This document shows, piece after piece, positions 35,238-44,431 of a stretch of DNA of 64,000 nt. The position numbers and the translations under genes are program-made. The notes under the pieces were generated by a model. It was not told the DNA's origin, searched no databases, and worked only from the letters and a program-made list of their open reading frames with translations. This DNA comes from a virus. The first letter of the stretch is position 1. Every line of letters begins with the position of its first letter. The stretch spans positions 31,818 through 95,817 of the IMG/VR virus record IMGVR_UViG_3300025418_000694; one strand, 5' to 3'.

Positions 35238-35906
35238 TTAAAGTAATGAATCCGCAATGGCATCAAGTTCTTCCCATGTAGGAGTCTTGAGGTCAGCGCG
35301 GGTGAATGGCTCGAATGAAGCAACTGCAGCCTCTGCTGCTGCCTCATCAATTTGCCAATCTTCCATTAGGTCGCGTCCCTTAACAGGATTAACATGATAA
35401 GCAGTTGTCTGTTGCTTACCTGTACGACTTAGTGCCCAATAGTTTTTGGTCAATGGGCCTTGTGGGGAAAAGTGTGCTGCATGTAAAGACTTCCACAAGC
35501 GTGGTGTAGCAATAAGCATCTGGCGCTGAGGACCGCCTTCTGCAGATAGGTTCACAATAGAGAAAGCACGCTTCTCTTCTGGCTTGCTATTAAGCTTTAC
35601 AATTAAAGGATCGTTAGGTCCTAGAGACATGTAAGACTTTTGGCCTTCCTTATTATTTAGGAAGTGTTGCTTGTATACAGCAAATGGACCGTCTTGGTCT
35701 AGGAACTTAATTACCTGGAAACCACCTTCGGTAAACTTAAATTCTTTATTAAAGTTACCTGCTGGGGATGTTAGTTTTTCTCCAGCATCCCATCCTGATT
35801 GGATGAAATTACCTGAAGCAGTTGATTGAGCTGGTCGTGCGTTGATTGCCTCGTTACTGAATTCATCAGTCTCTGGCAGATATGCGTCTGTGCGATTAAT
35901 TGACAT
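35238..35906 (-). CDS. single-stranded DNA-binding protein (gp32-like), putative
   Basis: IKFLD..PFAVYKQHF pattern; acidic C-terminus; directly upstream of the polymerase. Confidence 0.55.
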   Translation of the reverse strand: MSINRTDAYLPETDEFSNEAINARPAQSTASGNFIQSGWDAGEKLTSPAGNFNKEFKFTEGGFQVIKFLDQDGPFAVYKQHFLNNKEGQKSYMSLGPNDPLIVKLNSKPEEKRAFSIVNLSAEGGPQRQMLIATPRLWKSLHAAHFSPQGPLTKNYWALSRTGKQQTTAYHVNPVKGRDLMEDWQIDEAAAEAAVASFEPFTRADLKTPTWEELDAIADSLL

Positions 35907-35918
35907 TATTTTCCTTTG

Positions 35919-36380
35919 TTAGTTAGTTTCTTGTGCGCGGATTTTATTCCACGCCTCGGCAATCTCATTACTGAGCTGTCGGTGTAAAGACCAGTCTATA
36001 CGCTTTATCTCAAGAATGCCAGCTTTGGAGAACAATTCTATTGTCTCCTCAATCATGGCTCTGGAATACAAGCGGTTGCCTAGTCTATTTTCTCCATGCT
36101 TATTTTTAGTAGCAGGAAGTCTGTAGGGTGCTGAGGGCAAGTAGCCCTCTTTTATCCATGTTCGTATAGTAATGATGGGTCTACCTAGCGCCATTGCAAG
36201 CGATCCTATACCAAACATCTCAACGTCAATTCCGTTAGGTAGCGTTCTAATCTTTGGATTGGTATCCCAATTAGGGGATATTTTTATCTCTGGTTCTTTA
36301 ATTACCTCGGGTTTACGTTTGCGTTTACTTCCTGGGTAGTACAAATCTCCAAAAGTAGATTCAATAAAATCGTCTGTCAT
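35919..36380 (-). CDS. MerR-like HTH DNA-binding protein
   Basis: FGIGSLAMALGRPIITIRTWIKEGYLP...RLYS. Confidence 0.75.
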   Translation of the reverse strand: MTDDFIESTFGDLYYPGSKRKRKPEVIKEPEIKISPNWDTNPKIRTLPNGIDVEMFGIGSLAMALGRPIITIRTWIKEGYLPSAPYRLPATKNKHGENRLGNRLYSRAMIEETIELFSKAGILEIKRIDWSLHRQLSNEIAEAWNKIRAQETN

Positions 36381-36778
36381 TTACTATCCACAATAAAAGC
36401 AAAGATTTCTTTGGCAGGAAACATGGCATCAATATCTTCTTCAGTAAGGTAGCCCTCATAGAAAGCGGACATAATCGCTGCCTCATCTAGGGTAGGAACC
36501 ATTTTAACGCAGGTGTCTTTGATTCCCTTTTGAGTAAGAATTGTTTCAGCAACATTCATGTCTAATGTCTTAGACACTTTGCGCTGTTTAGTAACTTTAA
36601 CTTGGCCGATAGTATCTTCAAACTCTAATACTCTGTGGCCTTTATCATCTGCCTCTACAACATCGATCTCTTGTAGCAATCTGTTTTTAAGATCGGCCTG
36701 TCGGTTAGTTAATAAACTAATCTCGCCCTTAATAGACAGGAATTGACGAGCGCTTCTCTTGAAGTCTTCTAGATCCAT
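36377..36778 (-). CDS. hypothetical protein
   Basis: AAGGGGG RBS before MDLEDF; TTGACA-N17-TAATGT promoter upstream. Confidence 0.65.
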   Translation of the reverse strand: MDLEDFKRSARQFLSIKGEISLLTNRQADLKNRLLQEIDVVEADDKGHRVLEFEDTIGQVKVTKQRKVSKTLDMNVAETILTQKGIKDTCVKMVPTLDEAAIMSAFYEGYLTEEDIDAMFPAKEIFAFIVDSK

Positions 36779-36812
36779 AGCTACCCCCTTATAGGGCGCT
36801 ACATTAATAGGC

Positions 36813-36968
36813 TTAGGAGGCCTTGTCAACCTTAATATAATTTTCTAGCGCTTCGATAATAACGCTAGTTACTGTGACCTTCTCTTTGGCTGCTTTCTTC
36901 TGGACAGCAAGCCAGAGCTCATCAGATACACGGATAGTGCGTGTAGGAGTCTTAGGTGCGTTAGGCAT
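36813..36968 (-). CDS. ribbon-helix-helix DNA-binding protein (51 aa, leaderless)
   Basis: Read by hand: MPNAPKTPTRTIRVSDELWLAVQKKAAKEKVTVTSVIIEALENY; TATAAT-N6-ATG. Confidence 0.8.
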   Translation of the reverse strand: MPNAPKTPTRTIRVSDELWLAVQKKAAKEKVTVTSVIIEALENYIKVDKAS

Positions 36969-36975
36969 CCCTCAA

Positions 36976-38565
36976 TTATACAGTAGATGAGAGTAAGAAC
37001 TGCTTTAAGCTACCAGCAGTCATCTCTATACCACCCTCTTTAGTAATGCCTTCGCCGTCAATTACCGCGTTGGCCAGAGCGTTTTTCTGTTGGAGGAGTT
37101 CCCATTGTCTGACCTCAACGCTACCTTGTACGAGTAGGTCAGTAATAACGATTGATGGCCAAGTTGAAGACGCTCTTTTAATACGTCCGTTTCTTTGAAC
37201 TGCTGTTCCAGATGACCAAGGGAGATCATAGTTGATGAGGAGATTAGCCGCAGGTAAATCCACGCCATAGCCACCAGCGTCAGAGCTGATGAGAACCCGA
37301 ATACTAGGATCAGTGTTAAAAGCAATCTTGTTATTCTCTTTAGTCTTGGCGTCTAACCTACCTGAATAAAGCTTACATCTTTCAGGGCCTAGCTGCTCGG
37401 CAATCATGCCCAGCATGTCTACATAAGTTGCAAATATAACTACTTTGTTCTCTTCATTTTGTTCGAGAAAATCTTCCACATATTGCACAAGGTAATCCAG
37501 TTTAGGTGAACTGTGAATCCCATCAAGAGCGCCAGTATCAACAAGGTCGCAAGCATAAGCTGATCCTTCTCCATTCATTAACTTGAACTTATCGGCGCTA
37601 GTTTTTAGAAGTTGCGGATGAGAGCAGAGCATCTTAAGCGCGCCAATCTTTGACATGATCTTACCCCTCATTTCATCCTCAGGTCCACCACGCTGTGCTT
37701 CTACTCCATAGTGGGCAAAGATGTTAAATGAAGAGCCAAATAAAGACTGAGCTTCCTCCAAATCAAACATAAGGTCATTGACTATTTTGGAATAGAGTTT
37801 GCTGGTCTTACGATCAAATGTAATCTGGACAGGGTCTTGGTGGATAGTCTCAGGTAAGAATGGAGCTACGTCTGGGTCTTTCTGCGCTTTACGCACAGAT
37901 GCCTCTTTCATTTTGGTGTGAAGTGTAGGCAAGTTTCTATAGTAGTTAACCCCACCCCAGCTATTACGAACAATAAAAGCTGAGTCAAAGATGTCAAAGC
38001 GCCCAAGAACAGTAGGGTCTACAAATTGCATAATGCTATAAAGTTCTTCTGGTTTTCCGTTTTCAATAGGAGTACCTGTAAGAGCAAATCTGTAAGGTGT
38101 TTGAATTAGCTTCTTTACATGCTTAGAGCGTTTAGACTTGAAAGACTTTATTGCTGTGGCTTCGTCAAGGACAACAAATCCTCTTGGCAGTTTCTCGATA
38201 AATTTCCAGTCATTAACGACCTGCTCATAGTTAAGAATGATGTAATCGACTCCTGAGGTACGCCAGTTAAATGCTTCTTCGTACTGCTCTGCTCGTTTCT
38301 TTGGGCTTCCGTCAATGACCAAAGCGCGTGAAGTACCATCTGTAAATTTCTCAATCTGATTAGCCCACTGATATTTCAGGGAAGATAAACAAATTATAAG
38401 TCCTGGCTCATCTATTTTCTGCTCATCCATTAGGCGCTCTATAGCCGCTATGGTGATAACAGTTTTACCTAACCCTAAGTCGTAAGCTACTAACATTTTA
38501 GTTCGCTCACACATGCGGTCTACAGCCTCAGGCTGATAAGGCAACAAAGTTCCTTTAAAAGTCAT
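36976..38565 (-). CDS. SNF2-family helicase
   Basis: DLGLGKT, LDEAT, LTGTPIEN, AGGYGVDL, QRNGRIKR. Confidence 0.92.
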   Translation of the reverse strand: MTFKGTLLPYQPEAVDRMCERTKMLVAYDLGLGKTVITIAAIERLMDEQKIDEPGLIICLSSLKYQWANQIEKFTDGTSRALVIDGSPKKRAEQYEEAFNWRTSGVDYIILNYEQVVNDWKFIEKLPRGFVVLDEATAIKSFKSKRSKHVKKLIQTPYRFALTGTPIENGKPEELYSIMQFVDPTVLGRFDIFDSAFIVRNSWGGVNYYRNLPTLHTKMKEASVRKAQKDPDVAPFLPETIHQDPVQITFDRKTSKLYSKIVNDLMFDLEEAQSLFGSSFNIFAHYGVEAQRGGPEDEMRGKIMSKIGALKMLCSHPQLLKTSADKFKLMNGEGSAYACDLVDTGALDGIHSSPKLDYLVQYVEDFLEQNEENKVVIFATYVDMLGMIAEQLGPERCKLYSGRLDAKTKENNKIAFNTDPSIRVLISSDAGGYGVDLPAANLLINYDLPWSSGTAVQRNGRIKRASSTWPSIVITDLLVQGSVEVRQWELLQQKNALANAVIDGEGITKEGGIEMTAGSLKQFLLSSTV

Positions 38566-38839
38566 CTGCGTAATCCTTTAGCTTTTTCCTTCTAAGACTT
38601 GCGTTATGCTCAGAAGGGCACCGATACATATGCAATCGTCTGCAAGAATTTTTAGACTGTTCAATCATAAGGTCATGTTGACCAGGCGCATACTTTGCTA
38701 TTACTTGCCCCAATTTATAGCAGTGATAGCACTGCTTATGAAGGTGGTCTCCTTTAAATATAGTTCCATCTTCTGCTTGAAAGTCTAAATTACCATGAGT
38801 CCACACCCAACAATGGTTGCAGGACGAGTAACGGCTCAT
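38555..38839 (-). CDS. Cys/His-rich hypothetical protein
   Basis: CNHC, CYHC; overlap-coupled. Confidence 0.5.
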   Translation of the reverse strand: MSRYSSCNHCWVWTHGNLDFQAEDGTIFKGDHLHKQCYHCYKLGQVIAKYAPGQHDLMIEQSKNSCRRLHMYRCPSEHNASLRRKKLKDYADDF

Positions 38840-39369
38840 TACAGAAGCATAGCCATTCTGGTTTTAACCGCAAGTTCGAGGCTAGCTACCGTGCTGTTAT
38901 TGTGTATGACGCGGTCAAACTCCCAGTTATCTAATTCAGACTCAGAGATATGGTCATTAACAGGGCCTACAAACTCTCGTTGAATTCTCCAAACCTGACC
39001 GCCTAATTGTTTAATCATTACGGCCTCATTCTCAAACCTAACGTCAGTTACTACATATCTATTGTTTACCTCTTCCATTTTTCGCAAAGCGGCAATTACC
39101 CAGATGTCTTGATCTAACACGGTTCTAGCAGATAGGCCTAGGCTCTGAAGAAGCCTTCTTACTTCTTCTTTTTTCTTGGTCATCTCCCAGCCATATTCAT
39201 TTACTACTGAGTTTAGGTGTAAACCGTTTTCTAAAATGGGGTTTAGGTCAATCAGTATGTCACGAATAGGGTCAGCAAAGGCCACCCGTTCAAACCCATA
39301 GTGCTCTATAAGAAACTTAGCCACTGTATCTTTACCGCTTTGAGCATATCCAGATAGTCCAATAATCAT
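38839..39369 (-). CDS. deoxynucleoside monophosphate kinase
   Basis: IIGLSGYAQSGKDT, FADPIR, RRLLQSLG, TDVRFENE, HISE. Confidence 0.9.
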   Translation of the reverse strand: MIIGLSGYAQSGKDTVAKFLIEHYGFERVAFADPIRDILIDLNPILENGLHLNSVVNEYGWEMTKKKEEVRRLLQSLGLSARTVLDQDIWVIAALRKMEEVNNRYVVTDVRFENEAVMIKQLGGQVWRIQREFVGPVNDHISESELDNWEFDRVIHNNSTVASLELAVKTRMAMLL

Positions 39370-40292
39370 CTTAAAGTTCCTTCCAAACGTAGCATGTGTT
39401 TTGCCGTATCTAGTCCCGATATTACTTCTGGTCTACTCATCGCCCCTACATCTTTTACATCTATGTTGCCGTAGTTAAAGAACCAAGCTTCGGTTTTAAG
39501 CTCTCTACAACGTTGAAATAAATCTCTAGAGGCAGCTCTACCCGCTTCGTCATTATCCATAGCAAATATTATTCTATCCGCACCTCTGATAGCGCTTAGC
39601 TGGTCTATTGATATAGAACAGCCGTAGGTGGCAACTCCGCCAGGAATACCTATAGAAGCAAGGCGCACAACGTCTAGAGGAGACTCTACAACAACCATGT
39701 CCCCAGAGGAATACTGGTCGTAGCCAAATAGTGAGTGGCCTTTTTTCATGCCCTTAGGATGATTGTTGAAGTAACGATTTGTAAAACCTTTTTCCTGCCA
39801 ACCAAGTAAATGACCATAGACATGTCGTACAGGAATAATCCAGTTGTTTTTATGTCTATCCCATCTAATGCGATAGGTGTTTGCAGCCTCTCTGGTTAAT
39901 CCCCTAGCTTTTAAAGCTTCATCAGGAACATCCACAAAAGCGCTTAACATAGACTCAGTAACAATTACTTTCTCTTCTTCTTTAGCCTCTACTGGATTTA
40001 GTAATCGCAACATACGGTCTGTTAAATTCAATCTTGTAGAGGCAAACTCTGTAGCTTGATCTAGAGGGATACCCTTCATATAAGAAATTAATGAATGGAT
40101 GTTTCCTTTGAACCCGCAAGAGAAACAAATATGGGCGCCTGACTCTGAGTTGATGTACCAAGAAGGATTTCTATCGGCATGGCCTGTGCGCTCTTCATGA
40201 GCAGGGCAAGCAGCCTGCACTTCAACTCCACGAGTTCCAATCACTTGGATTCCTAAAGTGTTTAGAGTAGCTTCCATATCCTCTAATGTCAT
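39366..40292 (-). CDS. DNA primase (Zn finger + TOPRIM)
   Basis: CPAH...CFSCG; VVESPLD; MDNDEAG; KDVG. Confidence 0.88.
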   Translation of the reverse strand: MTLEDMEATLNTLGIQVIGTRGVEVQAACPAHEERTGHADRNPSWYINSESGAHICFSCGFKGNIHSLISYMKGIPLDQATEFASTRLNLTDRMLRLLNPVEAKEEEKVIVTESMLSAFVDVPDEALKARGLTREAANTYRIRWDRHKNNWIIPVRHVYGHLLGWQEKGFTNRYFNNHPKGMKKGHSLFGYDQYSSGDMVVVESPLDVVRLASIGIPGGVATYGCSISIDQLSAIRGADRIIFAMDNDEAGRAASRDLFQRCRELKTEAWFFNYGNIDVKDVGAMSRPEVISGLDTAKHMLRLEGTLR

Positions 40293-41515
40293 AGGTCGTC
40301 GTTATCCATTTCACGAAACGCGCCTGTGTTCCAATCCCACATTAGGGAGACTTCACTAAGGCCAGAGTTACGACTAGCAATAACACGTAATAAACGTGTG
40401 TCATCTACATTCTCATCCTCACGCTGTAAGCCAAAGATAACGTCAGCGTCTTGGTGGAAAGATGAGGAGTAACCGATAGAGTCTGCGCTTACTTGCCCCT
40501 TCTTCATCTTCCAAGAAAGAGCCTGAGTAGATATAACTACTGGCTTATTAATCTTCATAGCCAATCTCTTAAGGCTACGAGTAATTTGAGTAATGGCTTG
40601 TGGAGTATTTGACTCCCCTGTTACCTCATCAAACATAAGATAAGTACCGTCAATAAAAACAATGTCGGGGGTCTTGCCCTGAATTTTGCTAGCAACGGCG
40701 CTTACAGTTAAACCATTAGAGGAGTCTGTAAACCAAAAGTCATCGTTCATATTTTGGATGCTAGTAACAATACGCTCATACCGCTGCTCTTCTTCATCGG
40801 TAAGAGTACCTGTCATCAAACGCTTATGGGATATACGAGCGCGCATAGCGTAGTAACGGGTCTTCTGTTCGTTGTTACTCATCTCAAAAGACATGAACAT
40901 AGGCTTGTGGCCATTTAAATGGCAGTTAATAGCAATCTGCAAAGCAAGCGTGGACTTACCTGTTTTAGGCGGAGCAACAATAACCACTAACTGTCCTGGT
41001 TGTAGACCTGAGGTAGAAGCATCCATTGTAGGAAACCCTGTAGGCAATCCAAGTAACCCTGGGTTGTTCTTGCGATTTGTGTACTCTTCTATAGCAGACT
41101 TAGCGGCGTGTCTAATTTCTAAATCAGTTGTGCTACCTAAACCAGTCTGCTCAAGTAAAGCCATACCTTTTTGTAAAGTAAGAAGAGCGGCTTCATGGTC
41201 TTTCTTAACCTCTAACTGCTGACTAGCTTCTAGCATAGAGTTAATGATTAAAGATTTACGGCGAGAGTCAATAAGTTTATCTATGAAGTAATCAATGCTA
41301 TCGGTAACTTCGTGGACCATATAGTTACGAAAGTTAGATTGGATTACATCTAAACTAGGTGCCTCTTGGTACTCTGAATAGTGATGCTGTAAGAACTTGT
41401 AGACATTTTTATCGGTAGTATCGGCAAACCATTCATCAGTTACACCGCGCTCTAACGCATAGCCAATACTTTTATCGGCGATGATCTTGCTAAGTAGATA
41501 CGATTCGTTGTTCAT
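40289..41515 (-). CDS. dnaB: DnaB-like replicative helicase
   Basis: LPTGF, APPKTGKS, SFEMS, FIDGTYLM, QDAD. Confidence 0.9.
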   Translation of the reverse strand: MNNESYLLSKIIADKSIGYALERGVTDEWFADTTDKNVYKFLQHHYSEYQEAPSLDVIQSNFRNYMVHEVTDSIDYFIDKLIDSRRKSLIINSMLEASQQLEVKKDHEAALLTLQKGMALLEQTGLGSTTDLEIRHAAKSAIEEYTNRKNNPGLLGLPTGFPTMDASTSGLQPGQLVVIVAPPKTGKSTLALQIAINCHLNGHKPMFMSFEMSNNEQKTRYYAMRARISHKRLMTGTLTDEEEQRYERIVTSIQNMNDDFWFTDSSNGLTVSAVASKIQGKTPDIVFIDGTYLMFDEVTGESNTPQAITQITRSLKRLAMKINKPVVISTQALSWKMKKGQVSADSIGYSSSFHQDADVIFGLQREDENVDDTRLLRVIASRNSGLSEVSLMWDWNTGAFREMDNDDL

Positions 41516-41919
41516 AGATAAGTGAAGTCCATTCCCCAGTGACCGTACCGTAGCAGATTTTTAGGTAGGTCTATAACACCGACAACCTCTGGTCTGTAAG
41601 GAAGGTCTTTAACTACTTCTTCGATAGATTCATAAGCGCGCGAATAACGAAAGGGATTAGTTCCCATAGCGTCCAAAGTCAGCATTAACTCAGACAGGTC
41701 GTTATCGTTAATGTCGTAAGAAATTACCTCTAAGGTAACTCCTTGACGAGTTGTGAACACGTAAAAGCGACTGAGGATATCTTTACGTATCTTCAGGTCT
41801 TTATGTATTACTGGTATTACTTTAAACCGTTTTTTGATGCTAGGTTCCACAATTGAAAACACGTCTGTTGTAACGAGTATTCTTTTGGGGAGCTCATTGC
41901 TGATGTCCCCGTTCCGCAT
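41512..41919 (-). CDS. hypothetical protein, possible degenerate HAD fold
   Basis: MRNGDISN...RILVTTD; in the replication operon. Confidence 0.5.
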   Translation of the reverse strand: MRNGDISNELPKRILVTTDVFSIVEPSIKKRFKVIPVIHKDLKIRKDILSRFYVFTTRQGVTLEVISYDINDNDLSELMLTLDAMGTNPFRYSRAYESIEEVVKDLPYRPEVVGVIDLPKNLLRYGHWGMDFTYL

Positions 41920-42227
41920 TAGTAGACCTCAATCCTTCCGTATTTAATTACAAACTCTCTAAAGTTCTCTGCAGACTTCTTTGCTTTGTCTGCTTCTTCT
42001 TCTGTAGCTCTGCTTGAAATCTCTAACGGGTAGTTCCCATCATTGTTATCCATGCGGGACTTAACAAAGCGCGCATGCTTACAAGTACTGCGACCTTTAA
42101 AACCAGGGCAGGTGCAGAATAAGTTGCCTTGCTCATCGCCAGATACCTCATAGATACCTGGGCCAGGAGTTTGAGACTGGCTCAAGAACACCTGTATGAG
42201 CTTTGTAGATGACATCTTATTACTCAT
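41919..42227 (-). CDS. SWIM zinc-finger protein
   Basis: YEV...CTCPGF....CKH. Confidence 0.8.
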   Translation of the reverse strand: MSNKMSSTKLIQVFLSQSQTPGPGIYEVSGDEQGNLFCTCPGFKGRSTCKHARFVKSRMDNNDGNYPLEISSRATEEEADKAKKSAENFREFVIKYGRIEVY

Positions 42228-42913
42228 TTCTTCCTCAAATCTGAGGTCTCAATAGGGATGTAGATAAAGGACTCGTGAGCAAAACTGGCTGTTGCGTCTC
42301 CGTACATACCAACCCAATTATCTCTATCTACATTGCTAGTAACAATGGTAGGCAATCCGTTGTTAAATCGTGTGCGCAACACATGATGAAACATACTACG
42401 TTGCCAACCAGATAGCGAAGCATGTTCTTTACCTAAATCATCAATTATCAGTACACGAACATTGTAAGAATCATTTGGGCAGTCACCCAAGAGGCCTTGA
42501 TATAAAATCTGTGCTTCGTCATCCTCTGACTCATCCATCAATTGACCTTTAAGATTTAATATGTCGTTAAAGGTAATGAAGTAGCAAGGGCGTATAAGTA
42601 CCCGTCCCTCTTTAACATCAAATGCTTCAATAGGAAACCTTGTCATCATCTCTTGGATAATAGACAGAGCAATAGTAGTTTTACCATGACCAGGTTCTCC
42701 TATTAGAAGTAGGCCTTTACCGCAACGGTCATTACCTACAGCGCGAATGACCTCTCCTTGTTCTACCGCATCCATCCACTTATTAATCTGTTTACGGTCT
42801 TCGTTAGATAGAACAGTGCAGTCTTCAAGAAGCCAACCTAGGCGGTTAGGATTTATATGTGCTGCCTGCACCCAAGCTTTGCGTCGTATCTTTAAGGCAT
42901 CTAGTTTGTACAT
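42224..42913 (-). CDS. DnaC/IstB-like helicase-loader ATPase
   Basis: GEPGHGKT, LIIDDLGKE, RFNNGLPTIVTSN. Confidence 0.88.
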   Translation of the reverse strand: MYKLDALKIRRKAWVQAAHINPNRLGWLLEDCTVLSNEDRKQINKWMDAVEQGEVIRAVGNDRCGKGLLLIGEPGHGKTTIALSIIQEMMTRFPIEAFDVKEGRVLIRPCYFITFNDILNLKGQLMDESEDDEAQILYQGLLGDCPNDSYNVRVLIIDDLGKEHASLSGWQRSMFHHVLRTRFNNGLPTIVTSNVDRDNWVGMYGDATASFAHESFIYIPIETSDLRKK

Positions 42914-43737
42914 TAAAACTTATCCCATTCTTTACGCGCTTTATCTTTTTGGGTTTCCATGTCAATGTTGGCCAACTCTACATCATGAAGAAGAGTGCCC
43001 CAACGACTGATGAACACTTTCCAAATCTTCTCTGGATCGCGCAAACCTTTTTCGTGGTCCAATCCCATAAAGAACCGATCAATCATCTTAATCTCAAGAG
43101 TGCCGTTAGTGTTGAACTCTTTACGAGCTTTGGCATACGCAGCCAAGAAACGGGTACGTGCTGTCTCCCAAGGTGGAATGTCCCAGCGAATCATACGTTG
43201 CGCAAAGTAGTACACACCGTTATCAACTGTCCAGTTAAATGGCTCTAGTGAACGAAGGTCGGTGAGTTTAGCTTCTGTTTTGGCGGCACGTAGCTCTTCA
43301 TATTCTTTTTGGCGACGAGCCTTCTCTTTACGCTTTATCTCCGCAATCTCATCGGGGTCTTGCTCATAGGCACCTAAGCCCCACCAATCTCTATCCACTT
43401 GCGCACTCTTTTCCTCATTGGCTTCGCCAATGACTATTTTTTTACTTATAAATGTATTATTATTTAGTATTAAATTGCTATACTGCTGACTCTGCTGTAT
43501 CAGATGACCAATTCCTGGTCGCCAGAGATTGGGCTCCACAAGACGGTTTACAGTCATGATTCGGTTTCCCACCCGCTCTTTAGTAGAGGAGATCATGTTG
43601 TAGTCCTTCAGCTCTTTTAACGCCAGCCTCATGGAGTTTCTACCTTCAGCAAAAACCTTGGAAAGGCTCTCAGCGCTTATAGAGGCGCCTGAAGCCTTCA
43701 GGTATACATACACTCCTAGGGCGCGGGCTGTAATCAC
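42913..43737 (-). CDS. replication initiator-like protein with N-terminal wHTH
   Basis: ARALGVYVYL...EGRNSMRLALKELKDYNMI; coupled to the DnaC-like gene. Confidence 0.65.
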   Translation of the reverse strand: MITARALGVYVYLKASGASISAESLSKVFAEGRNSMRLALKELKDYNMISSTKERVGNRIMTVNRLVEPNLWRPGIGHLIQQSQQYSNLILNNNTFISKKIVIGEANEEKSAQVDRDWWGLGAYEQDPDEIAEIKRKEKARRQKEYEELRAAKTEAKLTDLRSLEPFNWTVDNGVYYFAQRMIRWDIPPWETARTRFLAAYAKARKEFNTNGTLEIKMIDRFFMGLDHEKGLRDPEKIWKVFISRWGTLLHDVELANIDMETQKDKARKEWDKF

Positions 43738-44396
43738 CCTGTAGGGCCATTCTCGCCCGTTTCTGAGGTAACTACGAGCTGGGCTACAACCTCTTTTGCT
43801 ATGAGTCTTGCCAAGGCTTGGATTCCTATGTAGACGTCGTCCACTAGGTCAGCCTCCTCGACCATATCCTCTATATCAGAGAGTAGGTCTTCAAACTCCT
43901 CTTCGTCCTCTGGCTCATCTGCCTCTTCAAGCATCTCCGCCTCTGGCATCTCTACCTTAGTCTCTTCTACAGATTTAGGGTTGAAGGCGATTGGCATTAG
44001 GCCTTCGGTTAGGTCAAAGGTAGGCACGTCGTTTTTAGCAAAGACGCTAAGAACTTTATTAGTGCTCTCGTCCTCATCATCCACTAGAACAAATGCAACA
44101 TGGTCTGTCTTTTTTAACTTAGAGCATGCAGCCTCTAGAGGTGTATCTGAGTGGCTTACTGATGATGCAGGCAAACCGTCATAACTAGCGCTTTCTGGAC
44201 AAAAGATTAAAACCTCTTTGCTCTTGTCTTTGGCTAATTGGGCAACAAATGTTTGGCCCTGACTTGGTTTTTTATCGTAGATTAGAACGAAGATAACGTC
44301 TTGTCCGTGACCGTAAACATAATCTTCTACAAGCGCCTCTACGTTAGCGCGGCTGGTCTGTCCTGACCCAGCGATCATTACATAGTATTTGTCCAT
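43734..44396 (-). CDS. Rossmannoid protein with acidic C-terminus
   Basis: VMIAGSG start; alternating beta/alpha; D/E-rich tail. Confidence 0.5.
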   Translation of the reverse strand: MDKYYVMIAGSGQTSRANVEALVEDYVYGHGQDVIFVLIYDKKPSQGQTFVAQLAKDKSKEVLIFCPESASYDGLPASSVSHSDTPLEAACSKLKKTDHVAFVLVDDEDESTNKVLSVFAKNDVPTFDLTEGLMPIAFNPKSVEETKVEMPEAEMLEEADEPEDEEEFEDLLSDIEDMVEEADLVDDVYIGIQALARLIAKEVVAQLVVTSETGENGPTG

Positions 44397-44431
44397 TGGA
44401 CCTCCTGTTAGGGGAGGCCAACACTAGCACA

